Origin: Dictyostelium discoideum
Taxonomy: Eukaryota
Length of the DNA: 64,000 nucleotides
Direction of reading: 5' to 3'
NCBI GenBank assembly: GCA_000004695.1
Contig: CM000155.2
Span: forward strand, 1,056,001 to 1,120,000
The position numbers and the translations under genes are program-made. Shown here one piece after another: positions 27,196 to 41,304 of this stretch; positions within the stretch are counted from its first letter, which is position 1; each line of letters begins with the position of its first letter. The notes beneath the pieces were generated by a model. The model ran no database searches, was not told the origin of the DNA, and saw only the letters and a list, made by a program, of their open reading frames with translations.

Positions 27196-27523
27196 TTATT
27201 ATAATAATAATAATAATAATAATTGTAGTGGTATTGAAATAAAAAAAAAAAAAAAGAAATGAAAAGATATAAGAAATAATATGGAAATAGAATAAAAAAA
27301 AAAGGAAGGGAAAATCTCCAATCATAATATCTAGAATTATGATAATTATTTTAATTTAATCTTTAGGATATATATGGTATAAGTGTGTGAAAGTAAAAAA
27401 TAAAGTAAATTTCAATCTTTGTTTGAATTGCACTAAATCGTAAGAAATAACAATATCACAATTTATCATTAATTTATAATATCAAAAATAAATACATTCA
27501 AAAGCAAAAAAATCAAATACCGG

Positions 27524-27556
<33 letters not shown>

Positions 27557-28327
27557 ATAATTTAATATTAATATTGAACATAAAAAGAACACATACCCCC
27601 CCCAATAAATAAATTTTCTTTTTTTTTTTTTAATGTTGGTGTTGTGTAATGATATTGGGGGCTACCACCTTCCTTCATTTTTCATTTTTCAACCTTACAT
27701 TCACATTCAGCAGTGTGTTTGTGTGTGAATTTATTTATATTTTTGTTTTTTGTAACAACAATTTTTCAAATAACAATACAATGATGAAAAAAAAAAAAAA
27801 AAAAAAAAAAAACAAATAAATCCTCGCGATTGTTAGTTATTTTTGATGGCACTTTTTCATTTTTTATTTTTCCTTACTGCTATTGTTATTTCCAAATAAA
27901 AAGATTTACTAGCCCAATAATTTATTATTTTTTTTTTTTTTTAATTTACCCAAAAAGATATAATTTTTTTATTTTTTTTTTACACATTAATATATACATT
28001 TTTTTTCATTAAATCCAATTGTTTTTATATTGTAATAATAATAAAAAGAAAAAAAAAAAATAAATAAAAAAAAAAGTAGAATATTAAAAAAAAACACCCA
28101 ATTAATATTTTTTAATATTAACTAAAATTAAAACCAAACACATACATCAATTAATTTCAAACACTAATTGTATCACATACATACACGTTCTTGTACTTGT
28201 GGAAAATTATTTCATTCTATGATAATAATAAAAATACAGTAGGTGCCTTACTTTCATAAATAATCTAAAAAAAATTAACGACAAAAATAAATCTTTGATT
28301 AAATTATTCATTTCAACTGTCTTTTTT

Positions 28328-28455
<128 letters not shown>

Positions 28456-28464
28456 ACCAAACCA

Positions 28465-28498
<34 letters not shown>

Positions 28499-28882
28499 TA
28501 ATAATAAAAAAAAAAAAAAAAAAGCACACACAAGACCACCCTATATCACTAAATCTAACTCCTTTTTTTATTTGCCATTATTGGTAGGGTATTTAATTAT
28601 ATGTGTACACGACTATAATTGTAAGTAATAGTATACTTTGGGGGGGGGGGGTAAGGAATTTTTATTATGGAAAAAAAAATAAAAAAAAAAAAAATTAAAA
28701 AAAAAAATATATATTAATAATATTAAAAATATTAATAGCTATTATTTTTTTTCAAAACCTAAAATAGAAATTTAGTTATACACAAATAAAACAATAATTA
28801 TAATATTAACAATAAAGCTCTAACATAGTATTATCGAACTCTTTTTTATTATTATTTTATTATTACTATTATTATTTTTATA

Positions 28883-28975
<93 letters not shown>

Positions 28976-29266
28976 TTTATTTTTTTTATAATTATTATTT
29001 ATTGCAAATATTATAAGGATTATCTGTTATGAGGGAGAATATTTTTTTTTTTTTTTTTTTAATTTTTTTTTTTTAATTTTTTTAATTTTGGTTTTTTTTG
29101 GGGAATTTGGGGGGGTTTTGATTTAAAATTAAATTTTTGGATATACTCAATATTGATACTACTATTTTTGTTAAAAATAAAAAAGGTGGGGTTTTTTAAA
29201 TTGATTTTGGAAACAATTACCCCCTTGAAACATTTGAAAAAAAATCGTTTATATTGTCTTTTAAGG

Positions 29267-29320
<54 letters not shown>

Positions 29321-29548
29321 TTATTTTAATGTTCTTTTATTTATTTTTTTTCAATTATCATATGAATGTTAGAGTCAGTGGCACAAAGGTGTGAATTAAA
29401 TTTGAAGGTGTGTGAATTTGGATGTGTGTTTGGTGTGCTTGTACATTCGTGTGAGTTTTTTTTTTTTATCTATATTTTATTTTGATAATCAAAAATAAAA
29501 ATAATAAAATAATAAAATAAAATAAATATAATAAAATAAATAAAAATA

Positions 29549-29588
<40 letters not shown>

Positions 29589-29801
29589 ATAATTGTTATT
29601 TAACAAATTAAAAAATATCCACACATTTTATACAAAAAAAAAAAATAACACACTTATGTCACTAACAACTACAAAAAAAACAACAATAAACAATAACAAC
29701 AACAATAAATCCAAGTAATTTTAGTATCGACCAACAACATCATAACATCAAAACAAATATTAATAACAACATTAATAAAAACAATAATACTTCTTTTTTT
29801 T

Positions 29802-29833
<32 letters not shown>

Positions 29834-30308
29834 TTCAATTATTTAATTATTTATTTATTATTTTTTTTTTCAAAATTTGTCTTTTTTTTTTTTCTTCAAA
29901 TTTCCAATTTTTTTTTTTTAATTTTTCTAAACACCTTTTGATTATTGTAAAACTTTTTTTTTTTTTTTTTGTTATTTTTTTTTTTTTTTTTCCAAATATA
30001 AAAGGATTGATATGAATTTTGGTTTTATTTTCATTTAAAAAGGTAAAAAAAATTAAATTTTAAAAAAAAATAAAAAATAAAAATAAATTAAAAAAAATAA
30101 AAAAAATAAAAAAAAATAAAAAAAAAATAAAAAAAAAATAAAAAATAAACTTACACATCATGTATGAACCCTCTATAAAACTGGATTTCTTTTGATTTTA
30201 TAAAAAAGAATAAAATATTAGTACAAATTAAAAATAAAAAAAAAAAAAAAAAAACCAACACTAATTAATTTTTTTTTTTTAGAAAACTCCAATTATTTAT
30301 TATTTAAT

Positions 30309-30343
<35 letters not shown>

Positions 30344-31516
30344 TGTATATATTTATTTCCGGTTTTAAAACTATTACAACTCTAACCACTTTATATGTAA
30401 GTACACACATATATATATATTAATTTTTTTTTTTTTTTTTTTTTCAAAATTAAATACTTTTTTTTTTTTTTTTTTTTATTAAAAATAATATTATAACATC
30501 AACAATGGCTCAAAAAATTATTTTTTAAAAATTAATATTAATTAATATTAATTATTAAATGGTAGATTTGATTAGGTGTTAAATAGTTTATATTTTTTTT
30601 TATTATTTTTTTTTTTTTGTGTCACTTTATTTTTTTTTCAAAGTTGTTCAAGATTTAAAAAAAATAAAAAAATTTTTTTTTTTTTATTTTTTTTTTTTTT
30701 TGATGTATTCCCACTGACTACCTAAATGCCAAAATAATAATAATTTTTTAAATCTTTTATTTCACTGTAATAAAATAACCAATTATTTATATACGGTAAA
30801 AAAATTTCCACTGTACCATTGTAACCCCAAACTAAGAATCAAAAAAAAAAAAAAAAAAACCCCACACCCATATTCCAAAACATTAAATCTCAACAATAAA
30901 CAACACATAATTTAAAGTTTTTGTAAAAAAAAAAATTATTTAAATATGGTATTGTACTCACAGGAGCACTTATTCAAATATGCTAGATTTAAAAGCTATT
31001 TATAAACATGGATTTATCTAATCGTTGTTATTATTATTATTTTGGTTTTTTTTTTATAAAAAAAAAAAAAACAATTGATTCCATCTTCTTTGTAAATAAT
31101 TCACACATAGCACAAAAAAGCCAATACACAAAAAAAACAACTATATTATGTATAAATCCTCACCCACTCACTCACTCACTCATATTATAAAATCTTTAAT
31201 TATCTAGAATGATCTTTTTTTCAATTGGCATTCAATAAAACTATAATAGTAAATATTCTTTAAAGATACTAATTTAGGGAGAATGGGTTTTTTAGGCCAA
31301 AATTAAATGAAAAAATCGTGGCTCACTCAATTAATCCAAACTCTCGACATATTAAATCTAACAAATACTAATATCTATATACATTTATTATTTTTTTTTA
31401 TTTTTTTATTTTTTTATTTTTTTCTAAACAAATTATTTTATTCTTTCTAAAATTATTATAAAAAGCTTTTCAAAAAAAAAATAATAATATGTTTCAAGAA
31501 TTAAAAAAAAAACAAT

Positions 31517-31596
<80 letters not shown>

Positions 31597-31658
31597 TAAT
31601 AAAAAAAACAAAAAAAAACATTTTAATTTTTAAATTTTAATTATCCAATAATATTTAT

Positions 31659-31689
<31 letters not shown>

Positions 31690-31782
31690 TAAAATTAAAA
31701 AAGAAAAAAAAAAAAAATAATATTAATTAAATATCTTTTGTAAATATTCTTTTTAAAAGCCGAAAAAATCTTAAATAAAAAA

Positions 31783-33433
31783 ATGATTATATTATTACTT
31801 TCAATTATTATTTTTATTTTATATATTGTAAAAATTGTAAGTATTCAAACAAAAATAAAAAAAATAAAAATAAAAAAATATAATATATTAATAAAATAAT
31901 AATTTTTTTTTTAAAAAAAATTAGTTTAAAAATAAATCATGTTGTGGTAATGAAATTATATTACCACCTGGACCAATTAGTTTACCATTTATTGGTAATT
32001 TACATCAATTAGCAATTGATCCACATTTAGCAATTCAAAAACTTATGTTTAAATATGGAAATGTTATGACAGTTTATTTCGCAAATATTAAAACTGTTGT
32101 AATATCCGATCCAAATTATTTAAAAGAAGTATTTGTAAATCAATCACATAAAACCAGTGATAGATATTTAATGGGTACATCTAGAATCATTGGTAATGAA
32201 AAAGATATACTCTTTTCAAATGGTCAATATTGGAAAAACTATAGACAAATCTTGGCTCAATCATTCTTAAAACTTAGAGACCATAAAGGTATTACCGAAA
32301 AGATTTCATTGGAATCTGTAAAGTTATCACAAGCATTTGAATGGTATGCCACCTCTGGTCAAGTGGTTAACCCATGCTCACTATTCAAAATGTATACATT
32401 AAATGTTATAATGCAATTACTTTATTCCCATCGTTCTTCTTACGATTTAAAAGGACAACATCCAATAATTGATGCATTAAAAATGGTTGAAGAATCATTA
32501 GCTGTTGGAAATGTACTCGATCTATTTCCAATTTTAAATATTTTCTTAAAGAAAAATAAATTAAAATTAGTTAATAATTTACAACAAGTTTGGTCATATA
32601 GTCAAGATTCAATTAAAGAACATAGAGAAAAATTATTAATAAATCCTGAAAAGTATGTTTAAATTTAAATTAATCAAATAATAATAATAATAATAATTTT
32701 AAATTAATCAAATATTAATAACTTTTTTATTTTTTATTTTTTATTTTTTAGAATTGATGATTTATTAGATTTATTTATTAATGAAATTAAATTAAGTAAA
32801 AATTCAGAATTTTTTGATGATGAAGGATTGTATAGAGTTTGTTCAGATTTATTATTATCAGGAACTGAAACTTCGTCATCAACAATGTCATGGTTATTAT
32901 TATTTTTAATTAATAATCCAAATTTTCAAGATAAAGTTAGAACTGAACTTTTGGAAGCAACTGGTGGTAAGAAAACAATTGGATTAACAGAGAAATCAAA
33001 AACACCTTTTTTCAATGCATGTATTAAAGAAGCATTACGTATTAGACCAGTTGGTGCATTATCATTACCAAGAATTGCAAGTGAAGATGTAACTTGCGGG
33101 CCATATACCATCGAAAAGGGTAGTCAAATAATAATGAATGTTTATGGTTTAGCTATGGATCCAACAGTTTGGGAAGATCCTGAAACTTTTAATCCATATA
33201 GATGGTTATCAAGTGATATCTCTCAATCAACTTACTCTTTCATTCCATTTGGTTGTGGTTCAAGAGTATGTGTTGGTTCATCATTAGCAAGAGATGAAAT
33301 TTTCTTGGGAATCGGTAATATTTTATTAAATTATATTTTCGAATCTCAAAATGGTAAACCAATCAATGAAAAAGGTCATTTTGGTATTGCTTTACAAACT
33401 GTTGATTATAATGTAAAATTAACTAAAATTTAA
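31783..33433 (+). CDS. Cytochrome P450 monooxygenase, ~487 aa, three exons: join(31783..31836,31925..32652,32752..33433)
   Basis: Exon 1 encodes only the membrane anchor MIILLLSIIIFILYIVKI|gtaagt. Exon 2 has the PPGPISLPFIGNLHQL proline hinge. Exon 3 has the I-helix AGTETSS, the ExxR in EALRIRP, and the haem-binding loop FGCGSRVCVGSSLA. Phases are consistent (AA|GTATGT ... ttttag|A). Confidence 0.9.
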
Positions 33434-33710
33434 TCAACCAAATCAAAAATCAATTTTAAAATATTTTTTTAAATAAAAAAAAAAAAAAAAAAAAAAAAAA
33501 ATATCTAATAATAATTGTAAATACAATCTTAAAAAAAAAAAAAGAAATAAAAATAAAAAATAAAAATAAAACAATTATTAAATTAATTCCTTATGTTATT
33601 TTTATTTTTATTTTTATTTTTAATACAATTTAAAATTATTTATTTAATTAATTTAATTAACTTTTTTTTTTTTTGTTTTTTTTGTTTATGTTTATGTTTT
33701 TTTTTTTTTA

Positions 33711-34140
33711 TTAATTAATTGTATCATCATTTGCAGAAATTTTAAGGAAAACATCTTCTAAACTTGTTTGACTAAAACTCCATTCTTGTAAATGATGATC
33801 ATATTTATGAGAAACCAAATATTGATACAAGTCAGAAATAACTGTATTCTTTGGGAAACGATAATTATAACTACCATCAAATGATTCGGTAAGAACTGCT
33901 TGTGGTGAGAATTTTGTAATTAATTCTGTTGGATTATGAGTATTAATATATGGTTCTTCAACATTAATTCTAACTGAATAACCATCACCAAATTTAGCTT
34001 TCAAATGATTTTGTGTACCAATACATTGTAATTTACCTTGTGAAATAATTGCAATACGACTTGATAAAACATCAGCTTCTTCCATTCTATAAATTAAACA
34101 AATTAATTAATTAATTAATTAATAATTATTAAAAAGATTA

Positions 34141-34230
<90 letters not shown>

Positions 34231-35785
34231 TATATTTATATACTTACGAATGTGTTGTTAAAATAATTGATCTATTCTTTTTTAAGTCATTAATTGTACG
34301 CCATAAATCCCTTCTCAATTCAGAAGAAATACCTGTGCTTGGTTCTAATTAAATTATTAAAAAAATTATTATTATTAGTAATTTTTTTTTATTTTTTTTT
34401 TTATTTAAAAAAACATACCATCAAGGAAAATAATTGAAGAATCACCAGTCATTGCAACAGCAAATGATAATCTTCTTTTCATACCACCACTTAATTCTTT
34501 AACTAATCTTTCTTTAACTTCAAAGAGGTTAACTTCTTTAAGAATACTTTCAACTGATTGAATTTCTCTTTCTGGTGGGACACCTTTTAGACGAGTAAAG
34601 TAAAGTAAAGTTTCAACACAACTTAAATCTTCCCAAAAGATATCGAATTGCATGGCAACACCAATTACATGATGAATATTATCCATATCATAACGAATAT
34701 CTAAACCTGCAACATGAGCAGTTCCAGATGTTGGTGTATATAAACCAGTGAGCATACTGATTGTTGTGGTTTTACCAGCACCATTTGCACCTAAAAATCC
34801 TAAAACCTCACCTTTTCTAACTGATAAATATAAATTATCAACCGATGGTTTTGGACGACCGACATAATGTTTTGTTAAACCTTCAATTATAACTGTCATT
34901 TCATTTGGATCATATCTACGATTGATAATCATTTCTTTTTCTTCTAAAACATCTTCATCTTCAACAATTTCTTGTTCACCATTATTATTTTCAACATCAA
35001 AATCTGCTGAATTAATTAAACTTGAAGTTTCACTAAATCTACGACCACCACCACTACCACCATTGATTGTATTTGATTTATCATTATCTTTATTTTTAAA
35101 TAAATTTAAAATTGGTTTTAAAAAGAATAATGGATGACTTGGTACACCAAATTCTCTTGGTAAAACTTGATCTAAATAAAGTGCTATTAATAAATAAACT
35201 ATTGCATCAATATATAACCAAAATATAATTTTTGACATTTCAAATTCCCATGTATATGCTGACCATTCTGGACATAAATCAATACCACATTGTGTACTTA
35301 ATTGTGACATTCCTCTATAAAATGCTAATAATGGTATCCAATAATACTTTTTTTAAAAAAAAAAATATTAAAATAAAATAAATAAATTAGTAAATAAATA
35401 AAAAGAAAGAAAAGAAAAAAAAAAAAAACTTACTGGTACTGGTGGAGTTGAATCTTTAAAAACTTGATAAGAAAGTATTGAATTTAAATTTACAGCAATA
35501 ATAACTAAAAAGTAACCAAAAATTGAAGCAGCACGAGTTTTTTTGAAAAATGTACTTAGGAAAAATGAAAAAGTAATCATTGAATTTCCCCATGCAAAAA
35601 GGAATAAAAACATTGCAAATTGTGATCCCTTTACAAAAACTGCAAATCCAAATATTGAACTAACACCAACTACAAATACAATAATAATAAAATAAATTAA
35701 AAAATTGAATATATAAGTCATAAACCAATAATTTCTAATCTTAAGACCCATCTAAATAAATAAAATAAATAAATAAAATTATTAA

Positions 35786-35875
<90 letters not shown>

Positions 35876-36837
35876 CTATTATTTATATATAATAATATAA
35901 TAATAATAAATAATAATTACCATTAAAGAAAGGTCACGTAATTTTTCTTGTTTTTCATAAACAATTGAATAAATAAATAATGGCATAATAAAAGATAGGG
36001 CAAATGGGTAGAATGAACCACCAAGTAATGAAGCGATATCAATTGTTGTACTTTGTTGATAGTATGGTAAAGTTGCAATATTCGATTTATAGATTGTACC
36101 ATTACCACCCAAGAAATAATTAAGTATTGTAGTTGTCATGGTATTCATTGAGAATGCAACGAATGCTTCGTATGGGTAGAAAGAGTATCTTGACTGCTCC
36201 TCACATTGAATTGTGTAATCCAATGACCTATTATTAACATTAAAATCATTGAAAATCAATGCTGAAAGTGGTAGAGTCTCTGAACTTAATGATTCAAATG
36301 TTGCATTCTCCTTCATTGCCAATATTTTATCATCCATATTTTCAACCGATGCGAATGGTACAAAGAATGGTGTATATGCCTTAAATGCTGGTATGTAAAG
36401 TTGAGGTGTGTAATTCAATAAACCACTACCACTGCCATCGGAATCTTTATACCCTATCTCTGTTATATTGTTTTCATTTACACTTAACATATATCCAAAC
36501 GTTAATGAATTATATTGATAAGTTGATGTTGAATTCATAAGTTTACCACCATTGGTTTGAAGTGATCCAATTTGACTTTTTACCCAAAAATTTACAATAA
36601 CTAAAATTATTACTAATATTAAAGGAATTGAAATTTGAACGCATAATGAACACTTTTGTCTTTTTATAAATGTTGCATTTTTAAAAAACTATTTTAAAAA
36701 AAAAAAAGTATGGTTAATATGTTGTATTTTTTATTTTTAAAAAAAAAGTTATCACGATTAAAAAAAATAAAAAATAAAAAACATACCATAGCACGAAACT
36801 GATTCGATTTATATTTTTTATCACTGGCACCCCACAT
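33711..36837 (-). CDS. Half-size ABC transporter, subfamily A (one TMD + one NBD), ~845 aa, six exons: complement(join(33711..34086,34248..34344,34419..35346,35434..35751,35921..36688,36787..36837))
   Basis: Exon 1 MWGASDKKYKSNQFRAM|gtatgt. The N-terminal anchor and large extracytoplasmic loop are typical of ABCA. The TMD exon begins MGLKIRNYWFMTYIF... (compare ABCA1 ...MGLDNSILWFSWFIS). Walker A is GFLGANGAGKTT, the signature LSGGMKRRLS, Walker B IIFLD|EPSTG (split by an intron), and the H-loop TTHSMEEAD. The summed exon length (2538 nt) is divisible by 3. Confidence 0.85.
34141..34230. repeat. (ATT)n microsatellite within an intron of the minus-strand ABCA gene; a second intronic (ATT)n lies at 35791..35875
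   Basis: Direct reading. Both sit between exons that I confirmed by splice phase. Confidence 0.85.
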
Positions 36838-36963
36838 TTTTTTTTTTTTTTTTTTTATATTTATTATCTATAATAAATATATTATTCTTATGAGGAGGTT
36901 TAGCCTTTTTTTTTTTTTGTTTTTTATTTTTTTTTTTTTTTTTTTTTTCTAATTAAAAAAAAA

Positions 36964-36995
<32 letters not shown>

Positions 36996-37221
36996 AAGAA
37001 AAAAATAAAAATTGTGGTATTTTTTCGAAATATATATAAAAAAAAAAAAATATCTAAAGAAAATTGTAACCTTATAAAAATTTTATATTTTTTATAAAAA
37101 ATTTGGAATACTCACAAGAAAACTTTTTCAAAACGCAAAAAAAAAATAAAAAAAAATAAAATCAATTAAGTTGTATTTATTTTGTACAACAAATTAAAAA
37201 AAAAAAGAAACTTTTTAATTT

Positions 37222-37255
<34 letters not shown>

Positions 37256-37281
37256 ATATATTAACATTAAAAAAAAAAAAA
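36838..37281. promoter_or_regulatory. Divergent (bidirectional) intergenic region, 444 bp, between the start codons of the two head-to-head ABCA genes
   Basis: Inferred from the positions of the two ATGs. The region is A/T-homopolymer-rich, as Dictyostelium promoters are; no specific element was identified. Confidence 0.4.
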
Positions 37282-40098
37282 ATGTCAACATATTCAAGAT
37301 ATAATGATGAAGATGAAATAAGGAATAATAAAATTTCATTTGGTGATAATATTAAAAGGGAATTTTTACATTTAAAATTATTATTAAAAAAGAATTTATT
37401 AGTCTCAATAAGATCATACTTTTCAACTGGTATTGAAATTTTATCACCTATTGCTTTTATTATAATTTTATTTTTAATTTCTCATTTTGGTTCTGGTAAT
37501 GAAAGTAAGCTAAAAAAATATATATATATATATATAAATAAATATATATAAATAATACTAATATATATATATATATGTGTGTTTTTTTATTTTAAAAAAT
37601 AAAAATAGATCCAATTGTAACATATAATCAAGAATTACCAATTTGTAAATCATATGGTGAAAATAGATGTTTTAATATTATGTTTTCACCAAGTAATTCA
37701 CCATCAGCAATTGCAATTATGGAAATGTTAGGTGAAATTAATAATAATAGTATTTATAGTTATCCAAGTGATACAGGTTATTTACCAGATTTAAACAATA
37801 CTATTGGATTAAAAGGTGGTTTAATTATGATGAATTCAATAGAGGATTCATTTGAATTTGTATTAGCACATCCAAATGTTACAATTGCAGCAGTTGATTT
37901 CTTATCGATTCCACTTGGATTTCAAATTAATGGTGCACCACCCAAAAATGAGCCATTGTTGAAAATGGATGGAAATTCATTGGAATTCAATGTGGTTGTA
38001 AATACAACATGCCCAAATATTTTAGCTACATGTCCGGATTATTCGATTGCGATAACAACAGCTATTGAAAAGGCTGTTATTACATATTACTCACAAAAGA
38101 TTAGAAATGAAAAGATACCACCACCAACAATCTCCTATGGCTCGAATGCGTTCCCACGTTATCCTCCAGAACAGGGGGCAGCAAGGGTTTGGGGTGGCTT
38201 ATTCTATTATTGCGGTTCAATGATATCATTCATATTTTTATTATACAAAGTGTCGTTTGAGAAAGAGAATAAATTGAAACAGGGTATGGTTATGATGGGG
38301 TTGAGTGTCAATCAGTATTGGATTAGTTGGTTCATTACAAGTTTCACCATTGATATATTGATATCGTTGATTACCATTATCGTTGGGTTGGCATGTCAAT
38401 TACCATTCTTTTTGGGTAGCAATTTCTTTGTATTGATAATCACATTTTCATTATTCACAATATCAATGTCATCAGTGGCCTTCTTCCTCCTAACCTTTAT
38501 TCAATCCACAAAGTCAGCAATAGGAATTGGTATGGGTATATTCATCGTTGGTTCAATCTTTCAATTGGTATTCAGTGGTATGGGTACTATGATCTTTGAA
38601 TTAATCTATCAAACCAACAGCAATGGTGCATTGGCTGCAAGAATTATACTTTTCTTTATACCAATGTTTCATTTCACTAAAGTTCTAACTGATATTGGTA
38701 ATGTTACAACAAACTATCCACTACTTACTTATAAGTTCTCTGATCTTTCAACAGATTTAAATATTGGTGGTACTGTATTGAAAACTGTAATTCCAACAAC
38801 TGGTCAATCAATTTGTTATCTATTGGCATTAATTGGAGTTTATACAGTATTGGCATGGTATTTCGAACATATTATACCAGGTAACGATGGTACATCCTCT
38901 CCACCATGGTTTTTTGTTTTACCATCCTATTGGGGTTTATCATTAAAGAAAGTACGTCATATTCCAACACCATATTTCGATGATGAGGATGTTAGAGCTG
39001 CAATAACCAAAGCACATGATGCTTCAAATCGTGCACCATTAATCATTTGTGGTTTATCAAAGAGTTATACTAAACTTTTCAGACCAAAGAAAACAGTTCA
39101 TGCCGTTAAATATTTATCATTATCCGTTGAAAAAGGTACAATTCTTGGTTTCTTGGGTTCAAATGGTTGTGGTAAATCAACAACAATTGGTATGTTAACT
39201 GGTTTACTTGAACCAACTGCTGGTGATGCTTTGGTCTATGGTCATAGTGTCATTAGTAATATTGCTGCCGTTCGTAGAATTACTTCAGTAGTACCACAAC
39301 ATGATATTCTTTGGGCAGAAATGACAGCTAGAGAACATTTACAACTATTCTCTGAATTGAAGGGTATCCCAGCCCAAGAAAGAGAATCTCAAATTCAAAA
39401 GGTTTTAGATCAAGTTAGATTATCAAAAATTTCAAATAACCTAATCTCAACCTATTCAGGTGGCATGAAAAGAAGACTCTCTGTTGCAATCGCTTGCATT
39501 GGTGATCCTAAAATCATCTTTATGGATGAACCTACCACTGGTGTAGATCCTTCCTCAAAGAGACATTTAATAGATTTAGTAAAGAGTATCAAAAATGATA
39601 AAGTAATAATTCTCACCTCTCATGATATGCATGAGGTTGAGATTTTGGCCGACAAAATCGTCATTATGAATGAAGGTGTAATGGCATGCAATGGTAATTC
39701 ATTACAATTGAAATCAAAATATGGTGAAGGTTATTCAGTTAATATCGTAGCCAAATCGCCCGAATCCATACCTGCTGTAGTTGAATTTGTAACTCTTTCA
39801 ATTCCAGGTTGTAAATTTATGAAACAATCCGCTTTACAATTAAATTTTGGTTTCCCTGTAACAATTGATCATCAAATCATTGCAAACTTTTTCAAACAAT
39901 TAGAAGAAATTACAAATGATCCAAATAATCAATTAATGAGAGATTGGTCTGTTTCACATTCTAGTATGTATTATAATATTTATATATATATTTTAAAATC
40001 ATTTTCAAGTTATATTAATCTTTTTTTTTTTTATAATTAAAGCATTGGATGATGTATTTTTAAAGGTTTCTCATTTAGCAAAATTAAAAACACAATAA
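37282..40098 (+). CDS. Half-size ABC transporter, subfamily A, ~877 aa, three exons: join(37282..37504,37609..39963,40043..40098); a paralogue of the adjacent minus-strand ABCA gene
   Basis: Same architecture as its neighbour. Walker A GFLGSNGCGKSTT, signature YSGGMKRRLSVA, Walker B IIFMDEPTTGVD, H-loop LTSHDMHEVE. The C-terminal exon TLDDVFLKVSHLAKLKTQ* is reached via the donor A|GTATGT and acceptor ttaaag|. The N-terminal exon resembles its neighbour's (...IRNNKISFGDNIKREFLHLKLLLKKN vs FFKNATFIKRQKCSL...). Confidence 0.85.
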
Positions 40099-40439
40099 AC
40101 TTATTTATATAAAATAAATTAATTAAAAAAAAATAAAAAAAATAAAATATTGGGTATTCCATTAAAAGCCAAAGTTTGACCAAAAGTTATTTTTATTTTT
40201 TTATTTTTTAGAATTGTTTACCAACCATTTTTTTTAATTATTTTAAATAAAAATAAGTAGGGAAAATAAAAAAAAAAAATTGGTTTAATTAAATTGTTTA
40301 TTTTTTTTATCTACTACTAAATTCAAATTAAAAATAAATAAAAATAAATGGTTATTATATTTTTTTATTATTATTTTTTTATTATTATTTTTTTTATTAT
40401 ATTTTTTTATTATTATTTTTTTTTTTTATTATTACACCT

Positions 40440-41222
40440 TTTTCTTAGTTAATTAGTAGTTTGGGTGGTTTGATTGATTTTTGTTTTAATTGGTTTTTTG
40501 TTTGGACTGTTTTTGGGTGGTTTGATTGGCACTGCTACAGTGGGTGGGTGATGTTTGACCGACTTTAGGGATTTTTTTTTTCATATTGATTTATAACAGT
40601 TTATCCATTAAAGGAAATAAATATTAACTAATAGTTTTAAACAAATTGAATCAAATAATAAAATTGTAATTGATTAGATTAATTGGTGGAAGGAGAAAGT
40701 ATTGGAAGACTGATTCTGGAATGCAATATACTTTGCATATTAATTTTCTTTATTTAATTATTTGTTTGGGTCTTAAAAATTGTTTGGATTTTTGAAAAAG
40801 TTAATTTTAAATATTTTACTTTTTTTATATATTCTAGAGTATCCTTTTTGTACCATTTATTTAGAAGAGTCTATTAAGAGAGCTTTTCATCTGGATAGGT
40901 CATATATTACACATAGTATCCCCATTCAAAGTATTCTTTGTAGAATCTAAGATTATAGGTACAATTCTGTTTGTAAATTTATTTTTGGATTTAATTTTTC
41001 AAGAGTCCAACTTTTTCAAACCTTTCTAATGAAAATGGAGTTTTTGGATCTGTGACCAATAAATTCTAATGTTTTCTTACAATTAAAGAAGAGACCGTAT
41101 TTATCATTCTTATTTTTCATTAACCTTAATTTATGATAGTTTAATGGGTCAAGAAGACCAAGTTTCGAACTTTTAAACTATATTTACGAAGTTCGTAAAT
41201 TTATGATCTATTTAAAACTAAT
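40440..41222. mobile_element. Candidate retroelement remnant (TRE-type?) downstream of the tRNA-Ser gene
   Basis: About 0.8 kb of G/T-rich, ORF-free sequence (for example gggtggtttgattgatttttgttttaattggttttttgtttggactgtttttgggtggtttgattggcactgctacagtgggtgggtg). Its composition (~30-35% GC) is unlike both Dictyostelium coding and intergenic DNA. Dictyostelium TRE3 elements are known to sit ~100 bp downstream of tRNA genes. The identity was not verified. Confidence 0.3.
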
Positions 41223-41304
41223 CGACATCGGCAGGGTTCGAACCTGCGCCTCCTAGGAGATTTGATTTCAAGTCAAACGCGTTAGACCACTTCGCTACGA
41301 TGTC
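41223..41304 (-). tRNA. tRNA-Ser (anticodon UGA), 82 nt, with a long variable arm
   Basis: Minus-strand sequence GACATCG TA GCG AAGTGGTCTAA CGC G TTTGA CTTGAAA TCAAA TCTCCTAGGAGGC GCAGG TTCGAAC CCTGC CGATGTC G. It has a perfect 7-bp acceptor stem, a D-arm, a 5-bp anticodon stem with the loop cU-UGA-AA, a 13-nt variable arm (class II), and a T-arm with TTCGA. CCA is not encoded. Confidence 0.85.
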
